Below are positions 22,272 to 33,342 of a DNA stretch of 64,000 nt, in pieces. This DNA comes from Ignavibacteriota bacterium. GTDB taxonomy: Bacteria; Bacteroidota; Ignavibacteria; UBA10030; CAVZMI01. Position 1 is the first letter of the stretch, and each line of letters starts with the position of its first letter. The stretch is from contig CAVZMI010000021.1 of assembly GCA_963776275.1 (NCBI GenBank), positions 96,001 through 160,000 on the forward strand, read 5' to 3'. The notes beneath the pieces were generated by a model that ran no database searches, was not told where the DNA came from, and saw nothing but the letters and a program-made list of their open reading frames with translations. The position numbers and the translations under genes were made by a program.

Positions 22272-22454
22272 TTAGGATTCTTTTGGGCTCACAATGGAAC
22301 GTCCATTGTAATAGCCGCAGTTTGGGCATGCACGATGGTGAAGTTTTGGCTCGTGGCAATTTGGGCATTCACCATACGAGGGGACTGTAGCTTTATAATG
22401 AGTTCAACGTCTGCGTCCACGTGCTTTTGAATGGCGTCGTTTTGGATTTGGCAT
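22272..22454 (-). CDS. rpmF: 50S ribosomal protein L32 (zinc-ribbon type) with in-frame TGA at codon 17
   Basis: Hand translation: [59 protein letters not shown]. Canonical yceD-rpmF-plsX order. Missed by the ORF track because of the TGA at 22404-22406. Confidence 0.92.
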
Positions 22455-22546
22455 ACTAACCTCCTATCAACATATATTTGACTTTCACCGAGACACCCGC
22501 ATCTCCTGAAGAAAAACACTGGAAATGGAACACGGTTTATCAGGCT

Positions 22547-23047
22547 TTAATTATCACGTAAACGTGCCAGCGCTTCCCACCGTGAATCCGTAGGTGCCGG
22601 TGCACAATCGCATTGTCCGGTATTTAAATTCTTTCCACAACGTGAGCATAAACCGGCACAATCTTCTCTGCAGAGAAGTTTCAAGGGGATTGCCAGTAAA
22701 ATTTCATCACGTACATCATTGGACAGATCAATGATGTTCATATCAGGGGAAATAATCTCGATTTCGTCCCCATTGAAAGCAACAGCATCAATTTCCCGGC
22801 TGACATACACTTTCCGGTAACTGCACGTAATAATCCTGCTGAACTCCTCAACACATCGGTCACATAGAAAATGACCTTCTACTCCAGGAATCCAGACTTC
22901 CAATAAAATCTGGCGGACACTCTTATCGAGCGTGACTTCGGCCTTGATAACCGAAGTAAAGTGCTGCTGGATCTCAAGATCTGCAGGTGCTGCTTCAAGA
23001 GAATAGGTGTGAATGCCCTGCGCCAGATTTGAGATATTTATTTGCAT
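22547..23047 (-). CDS. yceD: YceD/DUF177 family protein
   Basis: CDRC…LAIPLKLLCREDCAGLCSRCGKNLNTGQCDC…DSRWEAL; upstream of rpmF. Confidence 0.9.
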   Translation of the reverse strand: MQINISNLAQGIHTYSLEAAPADLEIQQHFTSVIKAEVTLDKSVRQILLEVWIPGVEGHFLCDRCVEEFSRIITCSYRKVYVSREIDAVAFNGDEIEIISPDMNIIDLSNDVRDEILLAIPLKLLCREDCAGLCSRCGKNLNTGQCDCAPAPTDSRWEALARLRDN

Positions 23048-23141
23048 AATCTGACCGAATTCCCAATAAATATGCAGTTCTGTTGGATAAAACCACACCT
23101 TGAATCATGTTTGAAAGAACAGTCCTGCAAAAAAACGTTAA

Positions 23142-23170
23142 AATATAGAGAAAAAACCCAATAGAGTCAA
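23142..23170 (-). promoter_or_regulatory. Sigma70-type promoter for yceD-rpmF-plsX-fab operon
   Basis: Minus strand TTGACT-17 nt-TATATT. Confidence 0.6.
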
Positions 23171-23202
23171 GAAAAAAGGGGAACGGATTTATCCGAAATA
23201 CA

Positions 23203-23225
23203 TCGGGCGCCGTAAGGGCGCCCGA
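23203..23225 (-). terminator. GC-rich hairpin downstream of the DUF3276 gene (probable intrinsic terminator)
   Basis: tcgggcgcc-gtaag-ggcgcccga, 9-bp perfect stem, followed on the minus strand by tgtattt. Confidence 0.55.
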
Positions 23226-23254
23226 ATAGTTCGTCAGCGACAATGTGTCATAAA

Positions 23255-23551
23255 TCAAGTCTCTTCGACAGGGGTCGCCTGCTTTTCGGTTAATTCAGAC
23301 TGAACGAAATCGATAGCTTCCGAGAGAGCCTCAATAAATTTATCGAAGTCTTCTTTATAGAGAAAGATTTTATGTTTTTCGTACTCCTCTTCCCCCACTC
23401 GTTTACTCTCGGTGATGGTAACGTAATAGTCTTTTTCTGATCTTGTGGACTTCACATCGAAGAAGTATGTCCGTTTTCCAGCCCGGACCCTCCTGGTAAA
23501 GACCTCTTCCTTGTACACCTTGTCTTTCGGATTCGTGTTCTCCAACGTCAT
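23255..23551 (-). CDS. DUF3276 / PUR-family nucleic-acid-binding protein
   Basis: VRAGKRTYFFDVKSTR…ITESKR…KHKIFLYKEDF. Confidence 0.88.
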   Translation of the reverse strand: MTLENTNPKDKVYKEEVFTRRVRAGKRTYFFDVKSTRSEKDYYVTITESKRVGEEEYEKHKIFLYKEDFDKFIEALSEAIDFVQSELTEKQATPVEET

Positions 23552-23654
23552 CTCCTCCTAGCAATGAAAAGTAGCAACGGTTTTCCTTGATTGATAATTT
23601 GTAGTGACGGATGTATGTTCGAAAATCCTTCTTCGCTCATGTTCTTCACTGTGG

Positions 23655-25916
23655 TCACCTTCTTACCACTGCCACTTTCCCCGTGGCGACTTGATCTCCC
23701 TGTTGGGTATATGCAACGACAAGATAAATTCCACTGGCCACCGGCGCACCTTGCTGGTCGGTTCCATCCCAGAAGGCAATTCTGCCACCCGGAAGAGAAT
23801 TTTTATCTGACAGCTCGCGGACAAGTCTTCCATCATTCGAGAGTATTTTCACCGATGAATTTTGTACCAGGCCGTCAATAGTTAACGTTTTCCCAGTTGA
23901 AATAATAAACGGATTTGGGAAAAAGAAAAGATCTTGGAACGACGGCTGTGGTGCAATAAAGGAAGTTTTAATGCTTGCCAGACCTTTTTCCGTCCCGAGA
24001 TATGCAATACCTCGATTACCATCGAAAGCAATTGCCCGCACATCGTTGTCGGGTAGTTTTCCATTCGTGGAGTTCACCGTATATGATGCAACAACTGACG
24101 CCCTGTCCGAGAGCACAAAAATCCCTTCTTTTGTTCCGATCCATTTATTATTCAGAGGATCAACGGCAATGGCATTTACACTAATACCTGCAAGGGGGAT
24201 CACAATACTTTTATCTAATGAGGCCTCTGGATTTGACGGATTCAGAATAACATTCGCGCCACTGGTAGTGCCTACCCAGATTGATCCATCATTATCGACA
24301 GCCACTGTTGTGATATTATTGCTCACTAATCCCGATGAGGTTGTTAATAGTGTCCATGTGTCGTCTGACGGATCATCCAATGTCCCTTTTGAATCGACGA
24401 AAAACAAACCCGGCGAAAGAACTGTCGCCAATCGCTGATAAAGCCATTTATTCCCATTTTGGTCAATCGAAATGCCACTGAGAAACGAGTACGTTTTATT
24501 ATACCCTATCGGATATCCCTCCCAAGTCGAATCCGGATGAAGTACCCAGAGAAGTTTTTCGTCGGCGGGATCCCAATCGATAAACCATGTATTGCCTTTC
24601 CAATCATAAGCGACATCACAGATTAAGATGTATTTTGGATCCTTTTTAATACCCAAGAATGGTGCATTTTGAGAACTATATCGATAGAGAGTATTATCAT
24701 CGCGGACCATCATCATCCCGTCACCCCATGAACAAATCCATTTGGTATTATTTACTCCGATTGCAACGCGGTGATAGTCATCCGATTTGATCAGCGTATC
24801 GGTACTTGTTGTATAATTTGTCCATGTTTTTCCATCAAAGCTATAGAAACCTTTACCCTGAAGATTATATCCTGATGCAGCCCAGAGAATTCCCTTTTGA
24901 TCTATTGCAAGACTGACGAACTGATTCGATGCACGACCGTTCGGAATTGTATACCGGATACCCGTATCCTCGATAAATCCGATTCCTCGCGTACCCGAGC
25001 CAAGGATGATTTTTCCATTCTCCAGGGTGATATCTGTAAGGATATCCGCCGGAACATCGACAATTTTTTGAAATTGTGTCGGTGATTGAATTAAATAGAT
25101 TGCGTCTTTTGTGATTGCATATGCACCATTCGTTCCTACGACAGCATGTTGAATCGACAATGGGCCGAGTGCATCCATAATTGTCCATGTCGTCCCATTG
25201 AAATATGCGACACCGCGTCCGTTCCGACATAAACAAGATTATCGAGTGAAAAAATCGTTTTTACACTATCTGACGGTAGGCCATTAGACGATGTATATGT
25301 CCGCCATGCCGTCGGAGAAATCAGATTTGAGGAGCTGAGAGAGGCTGTGGCAGCACCGATTGCCGTCGCTATCCAGATGTTATCTCCCAGGATCATCAAT
25401 CCATTGACTTTATTCAATGCAGAAAAATTTCCAAACCGTACATAGCTATCGCGAAATTCAAACGTACGTTTATGAAAGAGCGATACGCCATAGTCTCCTG
25501 CAATGAACAATGAATCGCCGTAGAGAAGAAATGCATTTATTTGTTTTTTTAGAAAACTGGAGTTTGTGATGTCGAGATTCACCTGCCATTGAGCGTTTCC
25601 CGGATTGTAGTGGGCAATGCCTCCAGTTGCGTCTCCGGTCTGATACTCCGCCATCATCATCCGCAATTACACATGTAACATCGTTGGTCGGGAGTCCTTC
25701 GGAATTTGTGAACTGTTGGCAGGTTGAATCAGCGATGTGATAACAGAATACTCCGCCTTGCGTTGCAGCCCAAACATTACCTTTTATCGCACTGATACTT
25801 CGGACATTATTCTGTGCAGTATAATTTTTCCATTCGCCCGATCCCTGTGTCCATATCGGAACCCGCGCAATCATCATGCCCACCAGGAGAAGCAAAAGTC
25901 TACACATAGAGCGCAT
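23655..25916 (-). CDS. PorZ-like T9SS beta-propeller protein with C-terminal type-A CTD; two frameshifts (~25640 and ~25216)
   Basis: Three overlapping ORFs join into one protein: signal peptide, GEWKNY, Reg_prop repeats (GLPTNDV, GSIWVGT, NNKWIGT), and CTD FPNPF…FWDG…VASGIYLV…GKVAVVR. Confidence 0.8.
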
Positions 25917-26386
25917 TATTTCGTTGTCTCAAGTTGCTTTCTTACATCAATCATTTCGATAACGCTGAGTGCTGCATCCCATCCTTTGTTGCCTGATTTC
26001 CCTCCAGCACGATCAATCGCCTGTTCCATGGTATCGGTGGTGAGGATCCCGAAGCCGATAGGAATGTTACATGCGAGCGACGTTTGTGCAATTCCTTTTG
26101 TTACCTCTCCGGCGATGTAATCGAAATGAGGTGTTTCACCACGAACGAGACATCCGATACAGATGATTGCATCATAACGTTTTTTCTGTGCCAGTGTCTG
26201 CGCCATAAGAGGAATTTCAAATGAACCCGGGCAGTACACCGTATCGATTAACGATGAATCGGCTTCATGCCGTAAAAGGCAATCCATTGCCCCTTCCAGT
26301 AATCGGTGTGTGACAATATCGTTAAATCGACTAACGATAATGCCAATCCGTATTTTTTTTGCAGTGAGTTGACCTTGATACATCAT
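25916..26386 (-). CDS. ribH: 6,7-dimethyl-8-ribityllumazine synthase
   Basis: [30 protein letters not shown]. Confidence 0.95.
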   Translation of the reverse strand: MMYQGQLTAKKIRIGIIVSRFNDIVTHRLLEGAMDCLLRHEADSSLIDTVYCPGSFEIPLMAQTLAQKKRYDAIICIGCLVRGETPHFDYIAGEVTKGIAQTSLACNIPIGFGILTTDTMEQAIDRAGGKSGNKGWDAALSVIEMIDVRKQLETTK

Positions 26387-26438
26387 ATTATTCTCTCTTC
26401 TTATCAATACTTCAATAAAAAAACCACCACGTTTATTG

Positions 26439-27263
26439 TCATGCAAAGAGTCTGCGTTTCATCGCATCAACGAGCGATTCTGATACCGTCACCGTACCGA
26501 GCGCCCAATCATCATTCTTTTTCCCTCCATGAAAATCCGAACCTCCACTTTCCAGAAGATAGTAATGGCTCGCGACATTTCTATAATATTCCTGAAGTTC
26601 AGGGGAATGTGAGGGATGCACCACCTCAATGCCATCAACTCCCCCTTTGATAAGCTGCATGAGCACAGCTTCGCTTGTATATTTCCCGGGGTGGGCTAAG
26701 AACGATATGCCGCCGGCCGAGGCAATAATATTTACCGCCTCTTCCGGTGATAACTGAAATTTTTTTTCATATGCCGGACATCCATACCCGATGTATTTCT
26801 CGAATGCCTCGAGGTAGGTATCCGTCAAACCCGTATCTAGAAGAGCGTTGGCTATATGAGGCCGTCCCACCGAACCGACACCTGCTTGATCGAGTACAGC
26901 ATCCATTGAGAGTGGAACGCGGAGATGATGAAGTTTCTCAACGATCCGCTCGGCACGTTTCAGACGTTCCTTTCGAAAAAGAGCAAGGTAATCGAGCAAT
27001 GTCGGGTTTTGGTAATCAAAAAAATACCCGAGGATATGGATATCACGATCACCGACTGCCGCACTGAGTTCAACACCTGCAACAACTTCGATCCCCTCTT
27101 GGACACCAAGGGTCATCGATTCTTCAAGTGCAGTAACATTATCATGATCGGTAATACCGAGGATTTCTATTCCCGCTTCTTTTGCTTTTATCACCAGCTC
27201 GTAAGGCGTCAACGCACCATCTGAATAGGTGGTGTGTGTATGAAGATCTACCTTACCCGCCAT
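26439..27263 (-). CDS. PHP-domain metal-dependent phosphoesterase (TrpH/YciV-like)
   Basis: [33 protein letters not shown]. Confidence 0.9.
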   Translation of the reverse strand: MAGKVDLHTHTTYSDGALTPYELVIKAKEAGIEILGITDHDNVTALEESMTLGVQEGIEVVAGVELSAAVGDRDIHILGYFFDYQNPTLLDYLALFRKERLKRAERIVEKLHHLRVPLSMDAVLDQAGVGSVGRPHIANALLDTGLTDTYLEAFEKYIGYGCPAYEKKFQLSPEEAVNIIASAGGISFLAHPGKYTSEAVLMQLIKGGVDGIEVVHPSHSPELQEYYRNVASHYYLLESGGSDFHGGKKNDDWALGTVTVSESLVDAMKRRLFA

Positions 27264-27317
27264 GCGCTCCGTATCAGTCTATATGTTTGAAATGAATGGA
27301 TTTACCCGTAGAAAACC

Positions 27318-28001
27318 TCACTTGAGTAGACTCTTAAATTTTTCATAATCATTAATAATTAATGCATTCCCCTGCATCTGGAGATATCCTTTCGTTATGA
27401 ATTGGTGGATCATGCGTGAAATTGTCTCACGGGATGTCCCAGCCATGTTTGCCAGATCCTGCTGCAACGGAAGGTCTTCAATCTCAACACGTCCGTTACG
27501 GATCCGCCCGATATCGTCAGCCAGCTGTACAATCACGTTTGCAACCCGACCCGCCGCATCACGTAACGAAAGACTCTTAATCTGAGCATCCGCCTTCCGA
27601 AGACGTCCAGTAAGTTCATTCAATAATACGACAGCAATGACGGGGTAATCGTGTAAGAGCTGCAGAAAATCTCGGCGGTGGATAATAAAAAGCTCGGATT
27701 TGGTTATCGAGACAACACTCGCAGATCGAGCGAGTCCATCAAGAAGAGCCATCTCTCCAAAAAACTCATCATTTCCAAGAATCGAAAGAATTACCTCGCG
27801 TCCGTCATCGTCCGTTCGGACGATTTTCACTTTTCCATTAATGATGGTGAACAGAGCCGATCCTGTTTCTTCTTCCAGAAGGATGATGCTTCCCTTTTTA
27901 TATTTCTTACGAACGCCAAGCGCAGCAATCTTTGCCAGATCTTTGTCGTCTAAATCGGCAAAAATTGGGACATTGCGTAAGAAACTCTTTTCATCTTGCA
28001 T
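27318..28001 (-). CDS. Crp/Fnr-family transcriptional regulator
   Basis: cNMP pocket FGEMALL…RSAS; HTH QQDLANMAGTSRETISR. Confidence 0.92.
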   Translation of the reverse strand: MQDEKSFLRNVPIFADLDDKDLAKIAALGVRKKYKKGSIILLEEETGSALFTIINGKVKIVRTDDDGREVILSILGNDEFFGEMALLDGLARSASVVSITKSELFIIHRRDFLQLLHDYPVIAVVLLNELTGRLRKADAQIKSLSLRDAAGRVANVIVQLADDIGRIRNGRVEIEDLPLQQDLANMAGTSRETISRMIHQFITKGYLQMQGNALIINDYEKFKSLLK

Positions 28002-28120
28002 ATTCTACCCTACGGTAGTGTGTGTATGGATGTGATCGTTCCCCACTGTGTATCATCCAACTTCCGGGCTCCGGTAGGAGGAGATTAATGCCCAGAATAC
28101 CCAGTATCTCTACTATAAAA

Positions 28121-28149
28121 AATATAGCTCACTGAAATATGAAAGTCAA
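28121..28149 (-). promoter_or_regulatory. Sigma70-type promoter for the Crp-PHP-ribH-porZ run
   Basis: Minus strand TTGACT-17 nt-TATATT. Confidence 0.6.
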
Positions 28150-28190
28150 GCTCCATTGCGTATCCCCGTAAAAAAATTCATTAGAATATA

Positions 28191-28802
28191 CTATTCAGAA
28201 AGTAGACAGTAAGTAACCATGGCAAGTCCAATTTGACTTAAGGCCAATGTTACTCCGGCCATTGTATCAAACCGATGTGTCTCTCGTAAAGATTCGCGGT
28301 CTCCTGTCAGAAGATAATCATTATAACGGGCATCCGCCTTAATCTTGAAATATGCCGTCGCAATACCACATACAATACCCACGCTACCACCGATTGTTAT
28401 CAGAGAATGAAATTCAACTTTTCGCGGTTGAACCAGAATATCCTTTTGCACAGAACCTCTAAACCTAAGATTCGCAGCAGAGTCGGAAGGAAAATTACAG
28501 TAGTGTACCACCTGTGATCCTGCCGGAACTTCGATACACTGTTCTTTCCTCCGCGCATTCCACTGAAATGGGGTTCCATCAATAACCATGATGGTATGCT
28601 TTCCGGTAGAAAGGGCTATATTTAACAGTGGAGTAACCCCAAGAAATACCGAGTCACAAAATACATTCGCTCCAATTACATTGGAGGTGATTGTAACAAC
28701 TCCATCCTGATAAATTCCGGACTGCGCCTGCATCATATACGGCCATAGAATGACCCAGAAGGCAGCAACAACAAATATGTGAACCGACCGCTTTTTAATC
28801 AT
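28191..28802 (-). CDS. PEGA-domain membrane protein
   Basis: Signal peptide, ITSNVIGANVF…GVTPL…LSTGKHTI (PEGA-like), two C-terminal hydrophobic helices. Confidence 0.65.
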   Translation of the reverse strand: MIKKRSVHIFVVAAFWVILWPYMMQAQSGIYQDGVVTITSNVIGANVFCDSVFLGVTPLLNIALSTGKHTIMVIDGTPFQWNARRKEQCIEVPAGSQVVHYCNFPSDSAANLRFRGSVQKDILVQPRKVEFHSLITIGGSVGIVCGIATAYFKIKADARYNDYLLTGDRESLRETHRFDTMAGVTLALSQIGLAMVTYCLLSE

Positions 28803-29965
28803 CGATTTTCATTGTTCGATACGTATGCATAAATATATTTATCCTCAACCGGAACAAAGATCATGCCGTTCCAGCTGATGGGGGGACTCTTGATTCTCCC
28901 TTCCAGTGTGTCGCTCCAGAACACTTTTCCACTCTGTATATCAAAAGCGTACAGGATATGATCAAGTGTACCGATGTATACAATGTCGCCACACACAACG
29001 CCCGGGGCACTAACGACGCTCGATGCTCTGTATTCCCAGACTCTATTCCCGGTTATGACAGATAGCGCTCGAATACATCCATTAGCTGCACCGATGACTA
29101 CAGTGCTCTCAGCAATTGCGGGTGAAGAATACAGGATACCGCCAAAATCGGATTTCCAGCATACCGATCCATCGGCAATGTTCAATGCATAAAGAACATG
29201 ATCCGTTGAACCTATGATGACGCGGTCGGCACTGATTGCCGGCGAACCAAGGATGCTCCTTCCTGTTTGTACCTTCCAGCGTAGCTTACCTGTTCTTGCA
29301 TTAAGTGCATAGAACACTCCATCATCACATCCGAATACGAGAACATTTCCATCGGTCGCAGGTGATGAATGAATATTCTTTTGCCCTTTTAAATTTGGAA
29401 TTGAATATTTCCATATTTCTTTCCCCGTGGCTTTTTCAATACAATAGACATGACCATCCATCGTTGTCACATAGAGATAAAGATTATGTTGAATCGGAGA
29501 AGTCTCTATGGGACCAAGCTTTTTTCCCCACAACATATCTCCATTTGTCACATCAACCGCCTGGAAGGTATTCTCTCCAGATGCGAGAGCAATATATATA
29601 ATAGAGTCATCTAGCACTGGAGTCCCATGAATTACCCCCTCAAGCGAAATCCTTCCGATCCGTTCACCATCGTTAATACTGATCGCGTGCAGCTCACCTC
29701 TGTATGTTCCCACAAAAAGGATGCTATTTGCTACCACAGGCGATCCGGTCGCCGATGATGCATCGTAGCTCCAGAGAAGTTTCAGTGGAGGGTGAACAGA
29801 CCTACCAGCATTCCATGTACGCCGGGCATCGTGTCCGCTCATGTTCCAACCTTTTTCTTGCATCAAATTGAGTTGCTGAATATTCCACCCGCTGCATCCG
29901 AAAAACATCAGCAACATCAACGACCAACTTCTTAGTACTACACTTTGGATCAATGATCTTATCAT
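28799..29965 (-). CDS. PQQ-like beta-propeller lipoprotein (BamB-like)
   Basis: Lipobox-like FFGC; repeated SP…V.G..D..LYAL….G…W units. Start set at ATG 29965. Confidence 0.8.
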   Translation of the reverse strand: MIRSLIQSVVLRSWSLMLLMFFGCSGWNIQQLNLMQEKGWNMSGHDARRTWNAGRSVHPPLKLLWSYDASSATGSPVVANSILFVGTYRGELHAISINDGERIGRISLEGVIHGTPVLDDSIIYIALASGENTFQAVDVTNGDMLWGKKLGPIETSPIQHNLYLYVTTMDGHVYCIEKATGKEIWKYSIPNLKGQKNIHSSPATDGNVLVFGCDDGVFYALNARTGKLRWKVQTGRSILGSPAISADRVIIGSTDHVLYALNIADGSVCWKSDFGGILYSSPAIAESTVVIGAANGCIRALSVITGNRVWEYRASSVVSAPGVVCGDIVYIGTLDHILYAFDIQSGKVFWSDTLEGRIKSPPISWNGMIFVPVEDKYIYAYVSNNENR

Positions 29966-29984
29966 AAATCGGTTGTAATAATGA

Positions 29985-32811
29985 CTAAAAATCCCACCCA
30001 AAGAAAAATTGATAGAACAACCCCTCTTGAAGAGTCTTAAAATTATTCTCGATCTTCTTTCCAATATCATACCGCAACACCAGTACTCCTCCGATATTCC
30101 AGCGGACACCGCCTCCTATACTCCCAAGAGTTTCATGATATGCATCATCCCATGCATTACCTGCATCGAAGAATAATGCCCCACGGAATGATCCGAAATT
30201 GATTATACCGAACGGAAAGCGGACGGCCAGTTCATCGATGAAGGGAAAACGGAGCTCGTGACTGGTCAGCCACAATTTCTTTCCGCGAATTGACCATCGG
30301 TCAAATCCCCTTAAATCCCAGCTTCCGCCCATAAAATATCTTCGAGCCTCTTTCCCCTCATTATAATAAACGTTCAGACGAGCTGCATATGCCATTCGTT
30401 TGCTCAATCGAAAATAATATCGATAATCTGCAAGAACCGAATAGTACGTTACATTTGAATATTGAATATCGGTTGTATATGCAAGGGTGAGGAAGAAACG
30501 GCTGCCATCGAGCGGACCGCTGGGGCCCCACAACGAGTTATCATGGATAAACGAGATAGAGTTGGAAAGCAGTAATGCTTTGCGTGATGAACCAAGCTCA
30601 AAACGTTCTTTGTCCGATCGATTAATACTTGTACTCAATTCGATTCGCTTGAACTTAGAGAGAGGATAACTGAGCGCAACATAGCCGCCGAAAGAACACT
30701 CATAGAAATAGAGATCCGGATCGGTGAGATCATATCGGCGTCCTGCAAAATTAAAAATTCCATATTCGACATTGGTCCTCCGGCTCAAAGACAAACGCGA
30801 AATGGCGATATTGAAACTTGAGAGAAATTCGCTCTGAGCTTGAGCGGTGTTATAGATTAAGAAATAATACTGTTCATTACCTAGAACATCACTTACGGCT
30901 AAAGCAGCTCCGCCGCGCGTTCCAAACACCGGATCGGTCATGATCTGAGTTTGTGCAATATCCAGTGTATAGTCCGGGGTATATCGAAGTGCATTCACCT
31001 CATCTTTGCCGGGAATGCGGTTCGTCGTCCATAATTCGGTCGCTGAAGGGATACCGACGTATTTTTTTACGCTTGTCGTATCGAATCGCTTCTCTATCGA
31101 ATCAATCTGCATTATTCGGAAACTGTAATTCTCAAAAGCCGAAATCAGTATCCGGCCGTCGTCGGCTCACGCAGGGTCAAAAGCTGCCGTGCTCAGATTT
31201 GTGATCCGACAAATTTCACCGCCGTAAAGTGTCCGAAGTTTGCGTTTATTCATCGCCATAACCCACAGATTCGGGACTCCATCCGCATCACAAATGAACG
31301 CCAGCTTCGATCCATCGGGTGACCACGCCGGAGAGCTGTAGTCTTCCTCCCCGAGTGTGAGATGGTCTATAGTTCCGGAGTCGAGGGAATACAGAAATAG
31401 GTTGTAATGACCATTGACTCCATAGGTTGTCCGATCCGATCGAAATGCAATGGTACTGCCATCGGGAGACCAAGCCGGATCTCGATCATCGTAGAAGTCG
31501 TTTGTCAATCGTTCTAACGTTTGATGAACGCGGTCAAAAATGTAGAGATCACCGTAGCCCGATTTGTCTATTGCGGAGAATGCGATGCGGTTTCCATCAG
31601 GTGACCATGTCGGTGAACCGAGCGAAACAATGTCTTTAAAATAATAGTTAGCGATGCTTGAATCGCACTTTAGATCATACAGATGCAGTGCATCGTTTTC
31701 ACCGCTTTTTGTGATAAAGGCGAGCAGGCCGGCGTGCGATATATCCATCCCCGCCGAAAAGAAATGAAATGATTCGAATTCATCCGTTCGTTCTCCTTCG
31801 ATTATTAATCGCATCGGAGATTGTGGATCATTCAGATTCTTTCGATATACGCTGGTATATCCCGTATTATTACCTATAAAAAGTACTTCCCTTGTAGTAT
31901 CATTTTTATAAAATACCGGTTTGACATTGAACCCTTCCTTGACAATCTGCCGGGTAACGGAACTTGGCTGATCATAATGCGTCAGGAGAGGGTAATACCT
32001 TTTTTTCATCGCGTAGGTCCGATTCTTCATCAAATTGCTCGTAGTCTTTCCCGATTGTGAATTTCCATACGTCCTGAAATGTTGAAGAGCGCCAGAAGTT
32101 ATCGATAAGGAGAGATATTTTTTCCTCACCATATGTTTCTGCCACATATTGCAGAAGCAGCTGAGCCTCTTTATACATAAGAAATGAACCGGAGATTGAA
32201 TAGATTTGTGAAAGCGGAACAAAGTAACCGTTCAGAATAACGTCGCGCATAAGCCATTCAGCCTGCGTATCCCATGTCGTCGACCAGAACTCTGCCAGCC
32301 CTTCCGTGAACCAGAGTGGCGGTTCCCGATCTGTTAACTGTCTGTGATCAACAAGTACACGATTTATTTTTGCATGCATGAATACATGGACAAGCTCATG
32401 CCGTATCACACGACGGAACTGACTCAGCGACCCATCGGCGGGAATCACCACACGTCCTTTCAGAAACTCGAAAAAACCGGCAACTCCCTCGGGTATGAAT
32501 CCTGGAGTGGTATTGGTTTGTTGAAAGTGAAGCGGCGAACTGTAAAATACAAGCGGTATGTGATGTACAATCGTAAAGTTAAACCGCTCTTCAAGCTCTT
32601 TAAACGTTTCTTCCGCAAATGCTGCCCCGCGTTCGGCAAGTTCTTTCATTTCCGGATAGTAATAGATATCGAAATGGTCGGTTTTCAGAACATGCCAGTC
32701 GAAGTCGGTATATTGTACCTTGTTCCGGCCAAAATAATAGAATTGAGCATTGAGTGTTACGTGCGTGATGACCAGTCCAATCACAACCAATATGAGGTGG
32801 ATCAATTTCAT
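29985..32811 (-). CDS. Zinc-peptidase (MA clan)-PD40 propeller-Omp85 barrel fusion; frameshift at ~32021 and in-frame TGA at 31167-31169
   Basis: FGRNKVQY, HELVH…WFTEGLAE, PD40 repeats (PTWSPDG, PAWSPDG), barrel with DLRGF, FFDAGNAW and terminal WDF. The 31167 and 29985 ORFs are in the same frame. Confidence 0.82.
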
Positions 32812-32849
32812 TGTTCTTCTCTGCAACCAAAATAGAAGCTTTATGCTCA

Positions 32850-32925
32850 AGTATATAATTTTGTCATACGAGAATCAAGATGCACGGGTTTCTTCGTTGC
32901 ATCTGATTTGAACCTAACGTATATT
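32850..32925. promoter_or_regulatory. Back-to-back divergent sigma70-type promoters
   Basis: Minus strand TTGATT-17-TATACT (32878-32850); plus strand TTGCAT-17-TATATT (32897-32925). Confidence 0.55.
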
Positions 32926-32961
32926 TTTATTGTTGTATATTAGAACCACGATTGAGTAATT

Positions 32962-33276
32962 ATGCCGACTTACGAATACCGGTGTGCCGCATGCGGTTAC
33001 GATTTTGAGGAATTCCAATCGATTACTGCCGAGTCGCTGGTGAATTGTCCACAATGCGGTCAATCAACCTTGAAACGACTTCTAGGTGGCGGCGGGGGAA
33101 TGATTTTCAAAGGAAGCGGTTTTTACCTCACCGATTATAAAAGTACCGGCAAAAAAGAAAAAACCGATTCTCCCCCATCAACAAAGAAAGACGAAAAGGA
33201 GAGCCCGAAAGATACTGCATCTCCGAAAGCATCGTCAACACAAGAAACCGGTTCGAAATCAAATCCGACATCATAA
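32962..33276 (+). CDS. FmdB-family zinc-ribbon protein
   Basis: MPTYEYRCAACG…CPQCG…FKGSGFYLTDY plus a low-complexity tail. Confidence 0.9.
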   Translation: MPTYEYRCAACGYDFEEFQSITAESLVNCPQCGQSTLKRLLGGGGGMIFKGSGFYLTDYKSTGKKEKTDSPPSTKKDEKESPKDTASPKASSTQETGSKSNPTS

Positions 33277-33342
33277 TTGATTCTCGGGAGAATCTTCAGT
33301 ACCTTTATTCCATATTACCTTGACATCACTGACCGAGTAGTT

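Noticed and set aside
22289-22519. 76-aa ORF-track call upstream of plsX
   Set aside because: Wrong frame; the real gene is rpmF (22272-22454).
22404-31169. TGA recoding (Trp or Sec) suggested by in-frame TGAs in rpmF and the PD40 repeat
   Set aside because: The two TGAs replace different residues (Arg and Trp), TGA terminates other genes normally, and no SECIS was seen; sequencing error is simpler.
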